From NCBI GenBank assembly GCA_905178155.1, contig CAJINV010000008.1, forward strand, positions 1,426,001 through 1,490,000: DNA of 64,000 nt, read 5' to 3'. The notes beneath the pieces are model-generated. The model made no database searches. It saw nothing but the letters and a program-made list of their open reading frames with translations, and was not told the DNA's origin. This document shows positions 22,517 to 36,100 of this stretch, in pieces. The position numbers were made by a program, and so were the translations under genes. How positions within the stretch are numbered: position 1 is the stretch's first letter; each line of letters starts with the position of its first letter. The stretch comes from Amoebophrya sp. A120 (lineage: Eukaryota > Protista > Dinoflagellata).

Positions 22517-25500
22517 ATGGGCGACAACGACCCTACTAACAGCAGCGCCCCGATCGCCCTGTCTGAAACGGAAACGTGCTTCGTTTTTTTTGGTAGATTT
22601 CTCGCTCGGGGCTGCGGACTTATCTGTGGTCCACGTCTTGCGGATGAAGACATACAGCGAGGGCAACGGCAAAACTACGATAGTCCGCATTTCCTACCCG
22701 CGCCAGCGCCACAAACGCAGACCGCCGGAAACATTCTCCAGGGACCTCCGCCACCACAGCATCATGGACAGCGGCTCGTTAACAACGAGGCGTACAATTT
22801 GCCTCCAGGATGGAGAAACCAGTCCCAGAAGCTTGCCCTCCGGAACGAGGAGGACTTGCTATTAAACTTTTCCCGTGCGCCGCAAAACGTCCAGAATCTC
22901 GTGCTGAAAAGAAGTGAGCGGAGCGGTGTGAATTTTGCTGACGAGGAAATTGATTACTCCGCTTACAGAGACTATTTCGAACAGCAGGCGGACCAATCCT
23001 CTTCCTCGGGCCGGCCAACTATCCCCCCACTGTCATTTGGGAGGGACAAAGAAACCGGGCGTGTTCTTGGCGATGAAAATGAAAATGCTACGCTATCTCA
23101 ACATCATCGCAACGTCGTGGAGCCAAAGCATCAAAGGAAGGCGAATAACGCAGCCCCGGCTCCCCGCAACGTGGCAGAGGACGTAGAGCAGCCCAGCGGC
23201 ACGCAAGCTGCTGCCTCGCATACCATTGCACCCACGACCGCCCTTGCTGCACCAATCGACTTGATCGGGGCCGCCATCCCAGCGCTGCCCGGAATTGTCG
23301 AGGGCAGAGAATTGCACCAGCGGCCTCCTGCAGGTGTGGACCTGTCATCGACAGGTGATGGCTCCTCGACCGATCAGGACGGTGCAACAGGTACCCCGCT
23401 CCGCCGCGGCGAGCATCGATCGAGCGTAGAAACAGTCAAAACGGCGCCGTCCGGTACCAGCACGACGAACGGGAGCGACCGTTTCAAAAAGAAACCGCAG
23501 AGACCGACGCTCGCGGCTTACTACGAAGACGAAGGTGCTCTCGTAGGCGAGGGAGGCTTTGGCGCGGTGTTCCTCGCACGACATCGGTATCCGCTGCAAA
23601 TTCTGGCCACTGCCGGCGCACATTTTGAATTATTTCGTAGAAATGACTACAATTTCAGTTTTGCATCACATAGACATGACACAGGAGCTGGAGCTCAATG
23701 GCGTTTAGCAAGAAAACTGTACGGAAAAGACCTATGCAGTGCAGCGCGGTCGGGCATTTGTATTGTATTAGTTGAGGACCAATGAAATTCGGGCGGTTAA
23801 GAAGATCCCGATCAAGGTTCAGAATAAGAAATTCTTGTCCACGGAGTTGTCGTTGCTGCTGAACCTCGACCACCCAAACATTGTGAAGATCTACGAGTGG
23901 TTTGAGGAGAAGGGTTTTCTGTACATGGTGATGGAGTACTGCGCTGGGGGAGAACTGGAAGACATGGTGTTTAAGGCTCGGGAACAGGTGCTTCTGCAAC
24001 GGGAACAAGCACTCTTGTCGCAGTCCGCTGCAACCCCGACCTCCACGATCGCTTCTTCGCCAGAATCCGCGAGAGCGGGTGGATCACTGACCGCGGCGCC
24101 AGCAGTACTAGAGCCTGCTGGTCCTCTACTTCTCCAAGAAAATTACACCGAAACTGCAGACACGAAAGGCGCCGATGTTTCAGCGCCGACCTCTAGCGCC
24201 ACCCCCGCTGCCATGCCCATGGACCACGGTGGCAATACGGCGGTGAATAATGCGGGTGCTAGCATTTCTGGTTTCAAAGGCAGTCGGTACATGTCGGCGG
24301 CCATGCGACGCGGGATTCGTGCAGAGATGCAACAGCGCTCAAAACGCGACAGGCGTGCCGAGTCGAAGCTGAAAGCGTCGTCCAAAACAAAACCTCCATC
24401 TCCTCGGGCAAACGCAACCGGGAAGATCGGAGTCCGCGGAACAACTCGTCCAGGGAACAATGGTCCTATTCCGTCGGACTTTGGTGCGGCTGTGACGAAC
24501 GAGAAACCGCAGTCGCTTCGAGAACGCAAAGACTCGAATTTTGAGGAGGTTGACTTTCTTTCGAAGGAGCGCCGGCGCGCGCTCCGTTTTGGTGCCGGTT
24601 ACAGCGATGATGAAGTAGCAGAAACTTTATTTCCCGAACAAGGTCGGGGAGCTGGTACGAGTCAGCCCAACTCGCTGCCTGGAAGTGTCAGAAACAGTAC
24701 GGCTCTCGCGAATCGCCTCCGTGACATGTACACCGGAGCCGCAGGAGGTGGGTATGTCGATCCCTACACAGGTACCGCAGCTGCGCAGCTGATGAGCGCG
24801 ACCCTAGATTCTGCTAAAGCTGCGTCCTTGGCACCAGCGGTCAGTGCGCTACTCAGACAGGATGCGGGCGAGCCTCTGCTGGCCAGCGATCGGGTTTCCG
24901 AACTTACGTCTGAGCAAGTTGCACGGTGGGCAGAATTAGAGCGAGTCGTGGTTTCTGAATACAGTGCCGGCGCAAATTATGCGTCGAATACCCAAACGCA
25001 ACAAGTTTTTCCGGCCCCGCGAGAAACAAGCGTTTTCTACCCTGCGCCTGGGGCTGAGCTGGTTCTTGTCGAGCTTGCTGATAAAGCAGACGCGGACGCT
25101 CGCAATGTCGAGACGAATCCGTTCTCCTCCTCGTCTGCCGCAAGCACTGCTTCTAAAGAGAAAACAAACTTCGGAGGGGGTGGCAGTTCCTCGGTTCGCA
25201 GTAAACTGCTCCCGCGCAAACAGAACCTGGAGCAGATCATGTCTGCGACCGCGGTGCTATCACAGCAAAAAGTGGCTATTTGCGTTTTTTGCAAAGGTGA
25301 AGTAAAGTAAAATGCTTTTGCACTTGCGCGCGCAGATGAGATAAAAGGTAACCGTCTTTGATTCGCCTAGCGGAAAGACGAATGTTGCGATTTTTTTTTT
25401 CTGAACGCGCCACCACACTATTGTCGTTGCCGGAACAACAACTGTATGTAGTACAAGTGGTCATTTTTTTGCATGAAAGCTCGCACAGCTGGCTACAACA

Positions 25501-27475
25501 AGTTTGGTGCAGCACCGAGAAATTTCGAAGCACGTCCAGGAGCCTCCTACGGGGCCTGCTCCAGGCGTGCCTGTCGAAAGCTTCGTGGTTCAGCCCCTCA
25601 TGTCGTCTTCGTCGTCCTCCTCGGAGGACGAAAACGATACCAACAGGCTGCAAACTGCCAGTCGGAGCAAAGGCGACGGGACAAAGATTGGATTTTCAGG
25701 CCAAGAGGCTGCGAAGAGAAGTGCGGGAACAGCAAAGGTTCCACCGCATCCCGAGGGCGAGAAGCTTCCGGGGATTCCAAGAGATCACCAAGCGCGGTTG
25801 CATTTTCCAGAGCCAATAAAGTCTTCATCCGCATCGCGCTCCTCGTCGTCACACCAACAGCTGCCGAGTAGCAGCTTGTCCGGCGCCTCGTCGTCGGCTA
25901 CTTCCACCAACTCCTTGGTCAGCGACGCACATCCGCAAATGGCTTGGTTGAAGCGGAGCTTCCTCCAGATCTTTTCCGCGTTAAACTACTGTCACCGGTT
26001 GCAAGTGGTACACCGGGACCTCAAACCGCAAAACTGCTTACTCGAGTTTCCCTCTCGTCGCGCTGCGGTCAAGCTGGTTGACTTTGGACTGGCGGCTATC
26101 GAAGAGGGACGGGACCTGCATCGTATCGTGGGAACGCCGTACTACATGAGTCCCGAAGTGTGTGACCGGGATCACGCCCAAAAAGTTGGTACAGTTGTGT
26201 TGAAATAAACTTGGACTTGCGTCATTGCTTGCTGTGTTCTTGGAAGAGAGTCAATGAAGACTCGGTCGGCATTTCTTGTGTTTCGTCGTCTTCAGCACTA
26301 GTAGGAACTTGTACTTCATGAGTTATTTCCTACTCTCGTCATTTTTGCGGAGGACTTGATAGATGATGATGATGAGGATTTTGATAGTGCTGCCCACGTC
26401 ACCTGCGCGCTTTAGATAAATGAAATTTTCGCTGAAGGTTACGACGAGAAGTGTGATATCTGGGCCTGCGGGGTGATGCTTTACGTGCTTCTTACCAAGG
26501 AGCATCCCTTTTTGACCGATATCCTGTGCAAAAGTATCGTATTCGTACTAATTCCAAATATGCATATACAGAACTTTGTGGTTTTGCTAAGGCAAATCCG
26601 CATAATACAAATTTAATTTGTAATGCTAAGTCAATTTGTATTGCAATTCATACTGGTACGATACTTTGACTTTACATTTGATAATCGAGGCTGTGCAGCA
26701 AAAAAAGTGGCCGAAGAAGTTTTTCCACCGGGTGAAACACACGGCACCGCACGCCGAGCCGTTGCAGGCTCTGACCCCAAGCTGCAGGGATCTCATCCTC
26801 TGGCTCCTGCAGAAGGACGCAAAGAAGCGGCCCTCCGCGGCTGAAGTGGTTTTTCATCCGTGGTGCCGACAACGAGAGGAATTGATGACGCAGGACATGG
26901 CCACGGCCCTGAAGCGGCTGCTCCCCCACAGCCGCAAGCCCCGTCTCTACCGCGCCTTGCAGACTTTGGCGGTCCGGGAAGCCAGTCTGAAAGACGACCT
27001 GCTGAAGACGGAGCGCGCACTCTTCGAAAAGGTCGATCGCGCAAAGGTGGGTTTGCTGGACCAGAAGGCGATCGAGCGGGCGTTCCGAAATTCGGTCGAG
27101 GACGGCGGTATTAACGAAATGATCACGGACGACGATTTGGACTTTCTTTTCGTCTCGCTTGACCTGCGCGTCGGCTCAGCAGAGTACCACTCGCGCCTGA
27201 TCGGATACACCCAGTTTCTAGCCGCAACGGCGAACCCGAAGATTCTCTGCCGCGAAGCTGTTATTGACCGAGTCTTCGAGTACTTTGATCTTGACAACAG
27301 TGGCACAATCGAGCAAGGAGGAGTTGCGCTTATTCTTGGGAACGACGCCAAATTGGAACTTCCAGCAGAGTTTCAAGAGCCCGGCGACGTGAAGACCGAT
27401 GACGTTTCCAGTACTGCAATCTCGCGCGAAGCCTTCCGAAAATTGTGTAAGCAGCTCGCACGGTGCTACTCATAG
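22517..27475 (+). CDS. CDPK: Calcium-dependent protein kinase with very large intra-kinase insert
   Basis: [57 protein letters not shown], followed by EF-hands ([13 protein letters not shown]). Introns ~23587-23776, 25272-25488, 26189-26437 plus TIR element 26520. Confidence 0.9.
26520..26683. mobile_element. TIR introner element, family B with a family-C-like right tip
   Basis: Flanks accga/atcga; 169-nt removal gives HPFLT|EAVQQ. Confidence 0.88.
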
Positions 27476-28982
27476 GTTGGCACGTGGTAGGAGAAAGGAC
27501 AGAGCAGGGGCCTCCAGATCTTGGGAAGTGTGAGCGTGCTGCTGCTGCTCGGGCGCAAAGTACAAGTACATGGATGCAAGTAGATATTAAAAACACGACA
27601 AGTTCTACGGTTACGTCGTTCCGCTTTTTACGCTTTTGGGTTCTGATGTAAGTGCAGCACGACGTTGAAAGCTCTTCTGTATTTTTTGCGGGAAGTAGTG
27701 GATCAATGTACTTCCGATTTTTTTCGACAAGACAAGATTCGGAAATATGGCTCTTCTTCCGAAATGGGAGCACGAATGACGATCGCACAGCCAGCAAATC
27801 TAGATGAAGCTTAAACTCCTTATCGATCTGGCAAATGTATCGGCACCATCAACCTGGCACAAACTACAAGGTGTGCGACGGAATGCGCTAATTTTTGAAT
27901 ATAGATTGCATAATTATGCCCCGACTATTAAGCAAAAGCAAAGTCAATTCGTAGTTCGATTTCTGCTCTACATCAGACGAAAATCTTGAGTTTCAGTAGT
28001 TATCGCCGTGCGAGTGCACATTCACGGCGATAGTTTCAACATGAACTCGCTCAACGCACGAAAAGGGGCACGCCAACAGATCGCGAAAATCAAAATGCAT
28101 CCTCAATGTCGTCGCCAATAAATCCAGCACACCTTATAATATGCAACGTGTCAAGAAGAAGAAGAAGAAACCAGCCTGTGGATGATGAGTGAGTCTATTC
28201 GTTTCAGCATATTTTTCATATTATTCTTCCATCATTGTCATTCTGTATGGTGATGAATGTTGGCACGTCTTTTCAACGTGGACGACAGCGGACATGGCGG
28301 CGCCTCGGATTTTTATTTTCGTGTGAAGGATGTTGCACGCAATTCTTGCTGTGTTCTTCGAAAAAAGGCTTTCTCGTCACCTACGGAAATCTGTGCGAAC
28401 ACGAACGAAGACGTCCATGTTGTCCGAGACCTAGTACTCGTCGATGAATCAGTACAGAAGCGTCGCAGCAGCAGTCAGAACCAGAAGCAGGAGTGTCTAA
28501 TTACATTCATTCACTCTGCGCATTGTACGCCTGGGTCTCGGCCTGCAATGGTGTGCATGAGTTAGTTTTTTTCTCTTTCTGCTGTTCGATCTGGACCTGT
28601 TTGTCGTATTCGATGAGCTCGTGGAATGTTAGGTAGTTCGTTTGTGTTCGTTGCGCAAACCGGTAACGAACAAGAACTTTTATCCTCGTACTACATATGA
28701 AAATACAAATTCACTCGGGTCGTCCTCGTCATCTTGATTTATTCGTCGCTTCTTTGAATGTTGGCACTCGCACTCTCTGAATCGTTATCGTTTTTGATCT
28801 TCTCTGCGCCGGTGCATTATATCTGCCTTTCAGACGCAACAAAAGTATCGTGCTCGTCATAGTGATGTTCTACTATTAGGTCCGTCGTGTAGCCGTTGCA
28901 TGCTAAAGAATTCACTTCAAGAATTTGGGGTGTTTTTGAAAATTTTATTTGACGCGGAAAGGGAAAACACAATAAAGAAAAA

Positions 28983-29555
28983 ATGTTGCGTCATTTCTTG
29001 TTCAGCCAAAGTAGTGCGACGAGCGATCATGATGTACACCCCCTCGGTGGTGTTCTATCCGACTTTTCATCTGCGTCAAGACTCACGGCATCCCCACCGT
29101 GGCCGACACCAGCAGCCATGCTTGGAGAAGTAAAAACTCAAGAAAGTTCTTTTTTGCAGCTGGATCCAACATTCCGGCACGAACCGGGAGAGCATCGGCA
29201 CGCGGCCGCGACGGCTTTCAATTACGAGACCGACTGCCCTTACGGTACGACTGCATCCGTCGTCAACGACGGGGTTTTCCTGTCCAAAATTACGCTCGAT
29301 AAGATCTACGACCTGCACAAGGCCAGCATCATGCTCACGTTCTTCTCCGGAGCGTTCTTTGCCGGCGGTATAGCGGCGTGGGCCGCAAAACTGCCTGGAA
29401 CCGAGCAGGCACAGGACCCGGAGGAGCTAGTTATGAGCACGGACGAGGAGCAAGAAGCAAACAAACCGGCAAAAAGCAAAGGCTCCGATACGGCGGATTC
29501 AGATTCAAACGCCTCCGCGTCAAGCAACGCAGAGAACCCTGGCGCTGATGGGTAA
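28983..29555 (+). CDS. Hypothetical single-pass membrane protein
   Basis: 190-aa ORF with hydrophobic segment IMLTFFSGAFFAGGIAAWAA and acidic tail; true start uncertain. Confidence 0.5.
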   Translation: MLRHFLFSQSSATSDHDVHPLGGVLSDFSSASRLTASPPWPTPAAMLGEVKTQESSFLQLDPTFRHEPGEHRHAAATAFNYETDCPYGTTASVVNDGVFLSKITLDKIYDLHKASIMLTFFSGAFFAGGIAAWAAKLPGTEQAQDPEELVMSTDEEQEANKPAKSKGSDTADSDSNASASSNAENPGADG

Positions 29556-30276
29556 TCGATGCAATTTCGATCCTGTTGCGGCAGAATTTCCTCGGCATCG
29601 ACATCGTCGTGCAGTGCAAAGAAACACACTGAGAACGAGTTTCCCGGCTCAGCCTAGGTGACACTTCGCACTCCTCTTCTACCTGCTCCTCGGCTAGGAA
29701 TATACAGTACAAAAATGCGCCCTGGTCTGTTCTGTTGGAAAGTTGGTGAATGGTGCGAGTGCGACATCTACGCTACGCGAACTTCTCCCAAGAACTAGCA
29801 AAGTAACATGATCCTGTTTCTGTTTCGTTGTGTTCTCGCAATTCATGGGGCACGTGGGTGCTTGTACTGGGACAGAAAGTCGCTTCAGAAGATGACGAGC
29901 GTTGTGCTAGAGGCTCAGCAAACGAGGCAAGGAGCTGAGTTGTCGTTTCTTCATGCTGCTCACCATGCCAAGTTCTCTTGAGAAGGTTGCTCCTTTGCGA
30001 CAACGATCAAAGTGGAGGGAACACTGTCATCACTTTCGCTGATAGGAAGAAAGTAGCGAATTTGGATCCAGTTGTTGAAGTAAATTTCCTTACCTTGATG
30101 CACGCCTGAGTGCCAAGTCAGTCATCGAACCGACTTTTCTAGTTCTACTGGCTCCGACATTCTTCATATGATTTCCTGTCGTGCTCTAGACTCGTGACCG
30201 CGTGTATCAAGAACAAAGAAAAGCTCAACGCTCACCCGTCTACAAGCGATTGCAATCCCTGGCTAGAAAACGAACA

Positions 30277-32008
30277 ATGGGCCTGGACGATATCGACGAC
30301 TCGGATGACGATATTCTCCCGTCCGGCTTGTCGCGCGATAGCGCGATTCAAGCCGAGGGGGCAGAGGCACAGAAGAAGGCAACAAGCAGCTCGTCCCCAC
30401 GCAACAAGGAGAAGCCCGACGTCACTACAACACCCAGTACGACAGAGACGGAGCCCGCGGATGATGTGCGTGTTGAGGACGGGGGGAAAAAAGCGAAAGC
30501 ACCCGATGTCAACTACTCCGCCGGATCTTCATCAACAGATACGAGCTCCTCCAAGCCGACGATCACTCGGGATACAACGACCTTTGGAGACCGGAACTCC
30601 GCGTCTTCGAGCAGCAGTCTTGCACCCGAGGAGCTCGTTGCTTCGAAATTCCTGATCAACAATCCGGGCAGTACGAGCAGGGCGACAAGTTCGATAGCAG
30701 CCGCGGGAGAGGAGGACAATGCGGCCGTTGCAGAGCCAATCGACCACAGCAATGACGCGCAGGACGAACTGATGAAATTAATGGCAAAAAAGCGCCAGCA
30801 GAAGGAAGAGGAAAAAAAGCAGCTACAGAAAGAAGAAGAAAAGAAAAAGCAGAAAGAGCTCCTGAAGGAGGGTGGGTTGTTCAAGAAAGGCTTCTTGAAA
30901 GGCGCAGGCACCAAAGCGGCGAGCGGTTCAAAAAGTAAAGCTGCAGAAGGCGCACAACAGAACAAGAAGAGAACGGACGTTGTAGATCTCTCGGAAAAAG
31001 TAACGAAAAAAGCCCCCGACCTCTCCCTGCCTGAGGTGCAGAACGCCATGAAAAGCACACTGCAGGACACGAACAATTGGCTGACGCCAGAGCTAACGCG
31101 GGTTTTTGCGTCGAGGCCGGACTTGGTTGCGGGTAAGCTGGAAACTGGCGCTAGGGTTTCTTGATTTTACTTGGCCTGTGCGGTGCTTCTTGTTTCTTTT
31201 CTACTTAAAGATCAATCTAAGGGCTAGTGCTGCTTCTTTTGTCGCTTGTAAGTTCTCGTGTGCGTGTCGTACAAAACATGAAAAGCGTGGCAGGATTGGG
31301 AGAATCAGCTTGACTTTGGAATAAAGTGAAAAAGTCACAACTGCTCCTCTACTCAGGAACAACATGAAAAAACATCCAGGTATGCAAAATCCGAAAGTGC
31401 AGGAATGCATCCAGATGATGCGCAGCGACCCTGTCGCCGCAAAGGCAAAATTTCAGGACGACAAGGAGGTGGTGAAATACATGGAGGATTTTTCCCGGCT
31501 CATGGGTACGCATTTCGACGTTCTGGCAAAAAAGGCGGAGAAGGAGAACCAAAACACGTCAAATGCGAACACTGGAGGCTCTGGAGTGGGAACGACCGGA
31601 AGCGAGCCTACGGCCGCTTCCAAGGTGTCCAAAAAATCTACCAAGCCGATGGCACCAGACAAAGCCTTCAGGAAAGCCGCAAAAAACATGAATCTGTCGG
31701 AAGAAGGTAGTACTTTTTTTACGATGCTGATTCATACAAGTGAAGTCGTCGTGAACAAAAATATATAAATCCCTTGCCATGCGTTGTATGTCGTGAATGT
31801 TCCTCTTACTTTGGTCCGTACAGAGAACCGCAAGTTTCAAGATCCGCGGGTCGTGGAGGCGATGATGGACCCGAAAGTGCAACAAGTCATCGCTATGGTA
31901 AAAGCGGGCCGCGGTCTCGACATGCGGGACATCGGGCGGCGGGACATGGATCTCTTTCAGAAGCTGCGCTACCTGCTGGACCAGGGTATTCTGGGCGTTT
32001 CAGCGTGA
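30277..32008 (+). CDS. STI1/DP-domain co-chaperone-like protein
   Basis: GT-AG introns 31133-31379 and 31707-31823; MQNPKVQECIQMMRSDP and AMMDPKVQQVI...KLRYLLDQGIL resemble STI1 motifs. Confidence 0.7.
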
Positions 32009-33102
32009 GAGCAGTAAGGATCCTTCGGCCGCAGCCGCTCTGACGAGGTTAATATTAGCGGGCCCGTTCTCACGACGAACTTCCGGCCGTTCTCACGAAC
32101 TGTCGGCCGTGAAGTATATCAGAGCAGGACCGATGCACGAGGACACGACTTGGACTCGGCGCTGTGACATGATGAGGCACTTCACTGTCTTTGATACTTT
32201 GCTTGCCCTCGGGTCAAGAACCCAAACGACATGCTACCATCGGAATCACGAAAACTTTGAAAACTTGCGCGTTCACGTTCTTTTTGTGGATCGCGAAGAT
32301 CAGAGGGGGAACCGCGCGATTGCGTGCGGTGCGCGTGCGCTACGTGGACAGTGCATCTGTACGCACGCTTGACGTCCTATCCTGGCGGTGCATGTCTTTG
32401 TTCGAAGTAGATCTCCTGTCTCCACATGCAATTCTAGAACGCGTCGCTGATTGTAGTGGGATACCACGGTGGGTCGAATTATTCCCTGATGCTGAGACGC
32501 TCGTACGAAGAAGACCAGGGCGAAGGTTTCTCTTTCTTGGGTTTGGGATTCTTTACATGCCGTAGGCGAGAAGCGGTGAGAGGGTAATCTAAAAGTAGAA
32601 GTACAAAACGGCGTGCATTTCCGTTTCCGTATTTTTACGGTGTTGATGACGAGTGAGTGGCCAGCGGCTGCGAGGGAGCGGTGTGCTCCGCATGCATCAA
32701 GATGACGGAGCAATTGGCGCTTCCTCATTTTTATCTTGGGGGCCATGGTAGTTTTTCTACTTTATTATCAATCGTAGTGGAAAATGAATTGAGGGGAGGC
32801 CCACCGTAGGGCATGTCATGGAACCCGGAACAGGCCGCGCGTTGTGGTCGCGCTACCACGGCGAAAAATGGAGGACACAAAGAGTTCCGTAACATCTACT
32901 TCAACATCAGCGTCGACACACACGTTTTGCTCTGGCTGGGCGCCAGTCACCCATGTCTACAGTGGCGGCTCGGCACTAACAACCACTCATATGATCTGCT
33001 ACCCACGTAGAAGTTGCCTTCTAGCGTTGAATTGATGACAAATGACGCGAGCAACATCAACAACGGGGCGGTAACGAGACCGGTAAACATCTGATCGAAA
33101 TT

Positions 33103-36100
33103 ATGCTCGTTGTTCACACAAACTCACAAAAGCTGCGTGCCGTGGTTGCACTCCGGTTGCGCGACCAAGCGAGGCCGCGGTTATTTAGCCTGAAAAGCGC
33201 AGCACCCGCTACCGCTTTGCAATCTCATTTGGGGCCTACCTCTGCCAGCGGCAGCGCGACGAGCACACATGTTTTGCACGCGGCAGCAAGCACTGGAGCT
33301 GCTTCGCAGCCATCCCTTCGGAAGCCCCTTGTGGGTACGGGTAGCAGCAGCAGCTCCACGTCATCCATTCGGTCATCAGCTGGTGACTCCACAAATAAAG
33401 AGGGCGTAGATCGTGCGGCTTCCTTTTACACCACCAATGGAAGCGCCGACCTAGCGTATCGCGCTGGCCTAGTTGGTCGCGAAGATGAAAACGTGTTCGA
33501 TCATAACAGAAGTGTGCGCTTTCGCCACTGCAGGAAAGCCAAAACCGTGGACGTGGTCCAACAGGTTGACGGGTTGATCCTACGAACGTACCGCCTTCAG
33601 ACAGCGAAACCGCACGACAGGCATCGCACAACATCGGCGAGAACAAGCAGCGGCGCAGCAGATAGCATATTAGCCGGAGAAACTGCCACGCCTGCGCCTC
33701 CGCTTCTCAGCTATGAAGACTTTCGGGACTTTGTTCATCGCATTTTCCCAGGTTTGCCGGAGCGCAAGGTCGCTTACACGGCGAGAGGAGGGCATCATGG
33801 GTGGAACCAGTGGGTGAAAGATTTGGAAGATTCTGGTTGGAGCCTGCCGGATTACGTCCCGTGGAAGAGTCCGGCTAAGGCATACGGAAATCAAATCGAT
33901 TGGCCTGACCTTCTCAGTTACGTACCAGCAGAGACGGGGACCACGACGGGGCTGAAGAAGGTGAAGAAGAAAGCCAGTGCGGCCACCCGGTCAACGATAC
34001 CAGATCGCAGCGACAACGTCACTTCAGGGCAAAAAACGAAAGAACGCACGGTAGATATCGAAGATAATTTTCCACCTACTGATGTAGAAGGAGATGCAGC
34101 CGCTAGTGGTGGCGAGGCACGCAAAGCCAAAGCGGAGAAAAAGGCGACCTCCTCGGGAATGAGTCTGAAAGCCCTGCTATCGCAGGCAGCAGATGAGGAG
34201 TTCGGCGGCTCTGAAAAAGCGTTAAAGGAGACAAGAAAAAAGAAAAAGAAGGCACCACCTGTAAAAGCCGTCCTTCCGCCTCGCGAACTCTACAATCCGA
34301 TTGCCAGTCCTGAGGTCCGAAAACGCCTAGAAGAGAAACTCAGCGGCAAGGGAATTACGCTTGTTCTCGATCACGCTGATGCAGAGCGGGTTTTGCGTAT
34401 TCTGGAGAAACAGGGCGACCGCCCGCACTTCTGGGACACGGAGTCAAAGGATATTCAGGTACCATATGCTTACACAGCGTTGTAAGTGGGAAGGTTATAC
34501 ATGAGTTTGTTGATGACATGCACATATTTGATCTCAGCATCTGATTCTGATGAATTATAATTGTCGACGACGCGGCATTGTATTTCTATTTTTCCACTGC
34601 CACACACGACACACAAAGATCAACACAACAGCTCGGGCGGTTGCGCAGTCCACAAAGTCCTTTGCACCATGGCGAGCTGATTGTTGCGAGTTGCTGGGTG
34701 GGTGATGACGTCGACTTTGGTAACGGGCCCCGGCTTTTCATCGACAACTACCACTCAAAGCTACCCTATGTAAAGCAGTCTCCAGCTGTTTCCGAAAATA
34801 AAAGATCCTCCTCCTCTAGATTTGCTACATGTATTTGCTCTGCAGGAGGAGCACTGCGAGCGCTAGCGTACCACGATACAAATTAAACTTTGCTTTGACG
34901 GAAAACAAGATGGTGAAGACTTTCTATGGGACAAACCTTACTGGGAGATGGTAGTCCTTTCAAGGAGTATTTCGAAAACCCGCAGTACCGGAAGGTTTTC
35001 CACAACTTTGCGTACGACTACAAAGTACTGCTCCGCGCCGGCATACAGCTGCAAGGTTTCTACGCGGACACGCTGCACCTGGCGCGATTGCAGGATTCCA
35101 GTTTGGCGAATTGGGAGCAAGACGTACGGTTTCTTGACGAGTGCAACGAGCGCACGAACGAGGGACTGTTTTTGGAGAATGAGAGTTCCCTGCGCGATCA
35201 GCTGATGGAGAACCTGATGAGCAGCGGGGTCTCGGAAGAGCGCGACGACTTCTCCGACTATGAGTTCACCACGGGGGGGAGTACCAGTAGCTTCTCGTCG
35301 ACGAGAGGGGGCGGATCTTCTGCGTCGACGGGGTGTTCGAACTCTAAACCTAATGCAGCTGGCTTGGGTGGCGAAGCGCAAGATGAACAGGGAGCTCCTG
35401 AAACTGCATCTGCCGCGGTCGTCAGCCCTGAGTTTCAAGAGAGTCTGCGTCGAGCGGTGCAGGAGAAAGACTTTGTGTTGATGGGAAATCTAGTGCAGCT
35501 GGCTCGCACAGGGGAAATGCTCGAAATGTTGGACGCAGGCCTCGTTGAGCTCTCGGCAGCTGCAGTGACGTCGGCTAGCGGCTTGAAGAGGAAGGGAAAA
35601 AATAAAAGTGACAAAGCCAAAAGTAGATCCTCGAGTAGATCCACTAGTACCAGTTCGGAAACTACTACTGGACACGCGATGAGTGCAAATGTGGCCGCAG
35701 AGAGAGTCAGTGCCTTGAAAGACCAGTTGGCCATGCGAAAACGGCTGGTGGAGCACTTCCAGAGTGTGGACGATTGCGACACCATCGATGCGCTGAACAA
35801 GCTGCGCCGGCGCTGGGAGCGGTATTTGCTGCAATCCGAGCAAGACGTCGAAACAACGGAGCAGTCGATCATGGCGGCTGCCGAACAGACGGACCGGCAG
35901 GATCTCGGCGGCGGGCAGGTAGCGCTTACCCAGTTGGTCGGGGACGCCGGGCGAGAAGCGTTAGAGTACCTAGAGAAGAAAATGGAGCGGCTTCGACACA
36001 AAACGAAGGAAAAGGGCAAGATGCGCGGTTACGGACTGAAACACCTCGTTCGCGTTTTTGACGTCGAATCACACCCGAAATTCCTGCAAGACCTCGTGCT

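Noticed and set aside
34762-34938. Another TIR element in the POP gene
   Set aside because: An intron is required and a weak IR exists, but I could not find a TSD register that restores frame. Similar unresolved candidates lie near 38850, 54965, 56165 and 60777.
30513-36019. Long minus-strand ORFs (e.g. 30513-31076, 35435-36019)
   Set aside because: Antisense shadows of + strand genes with no motifs.
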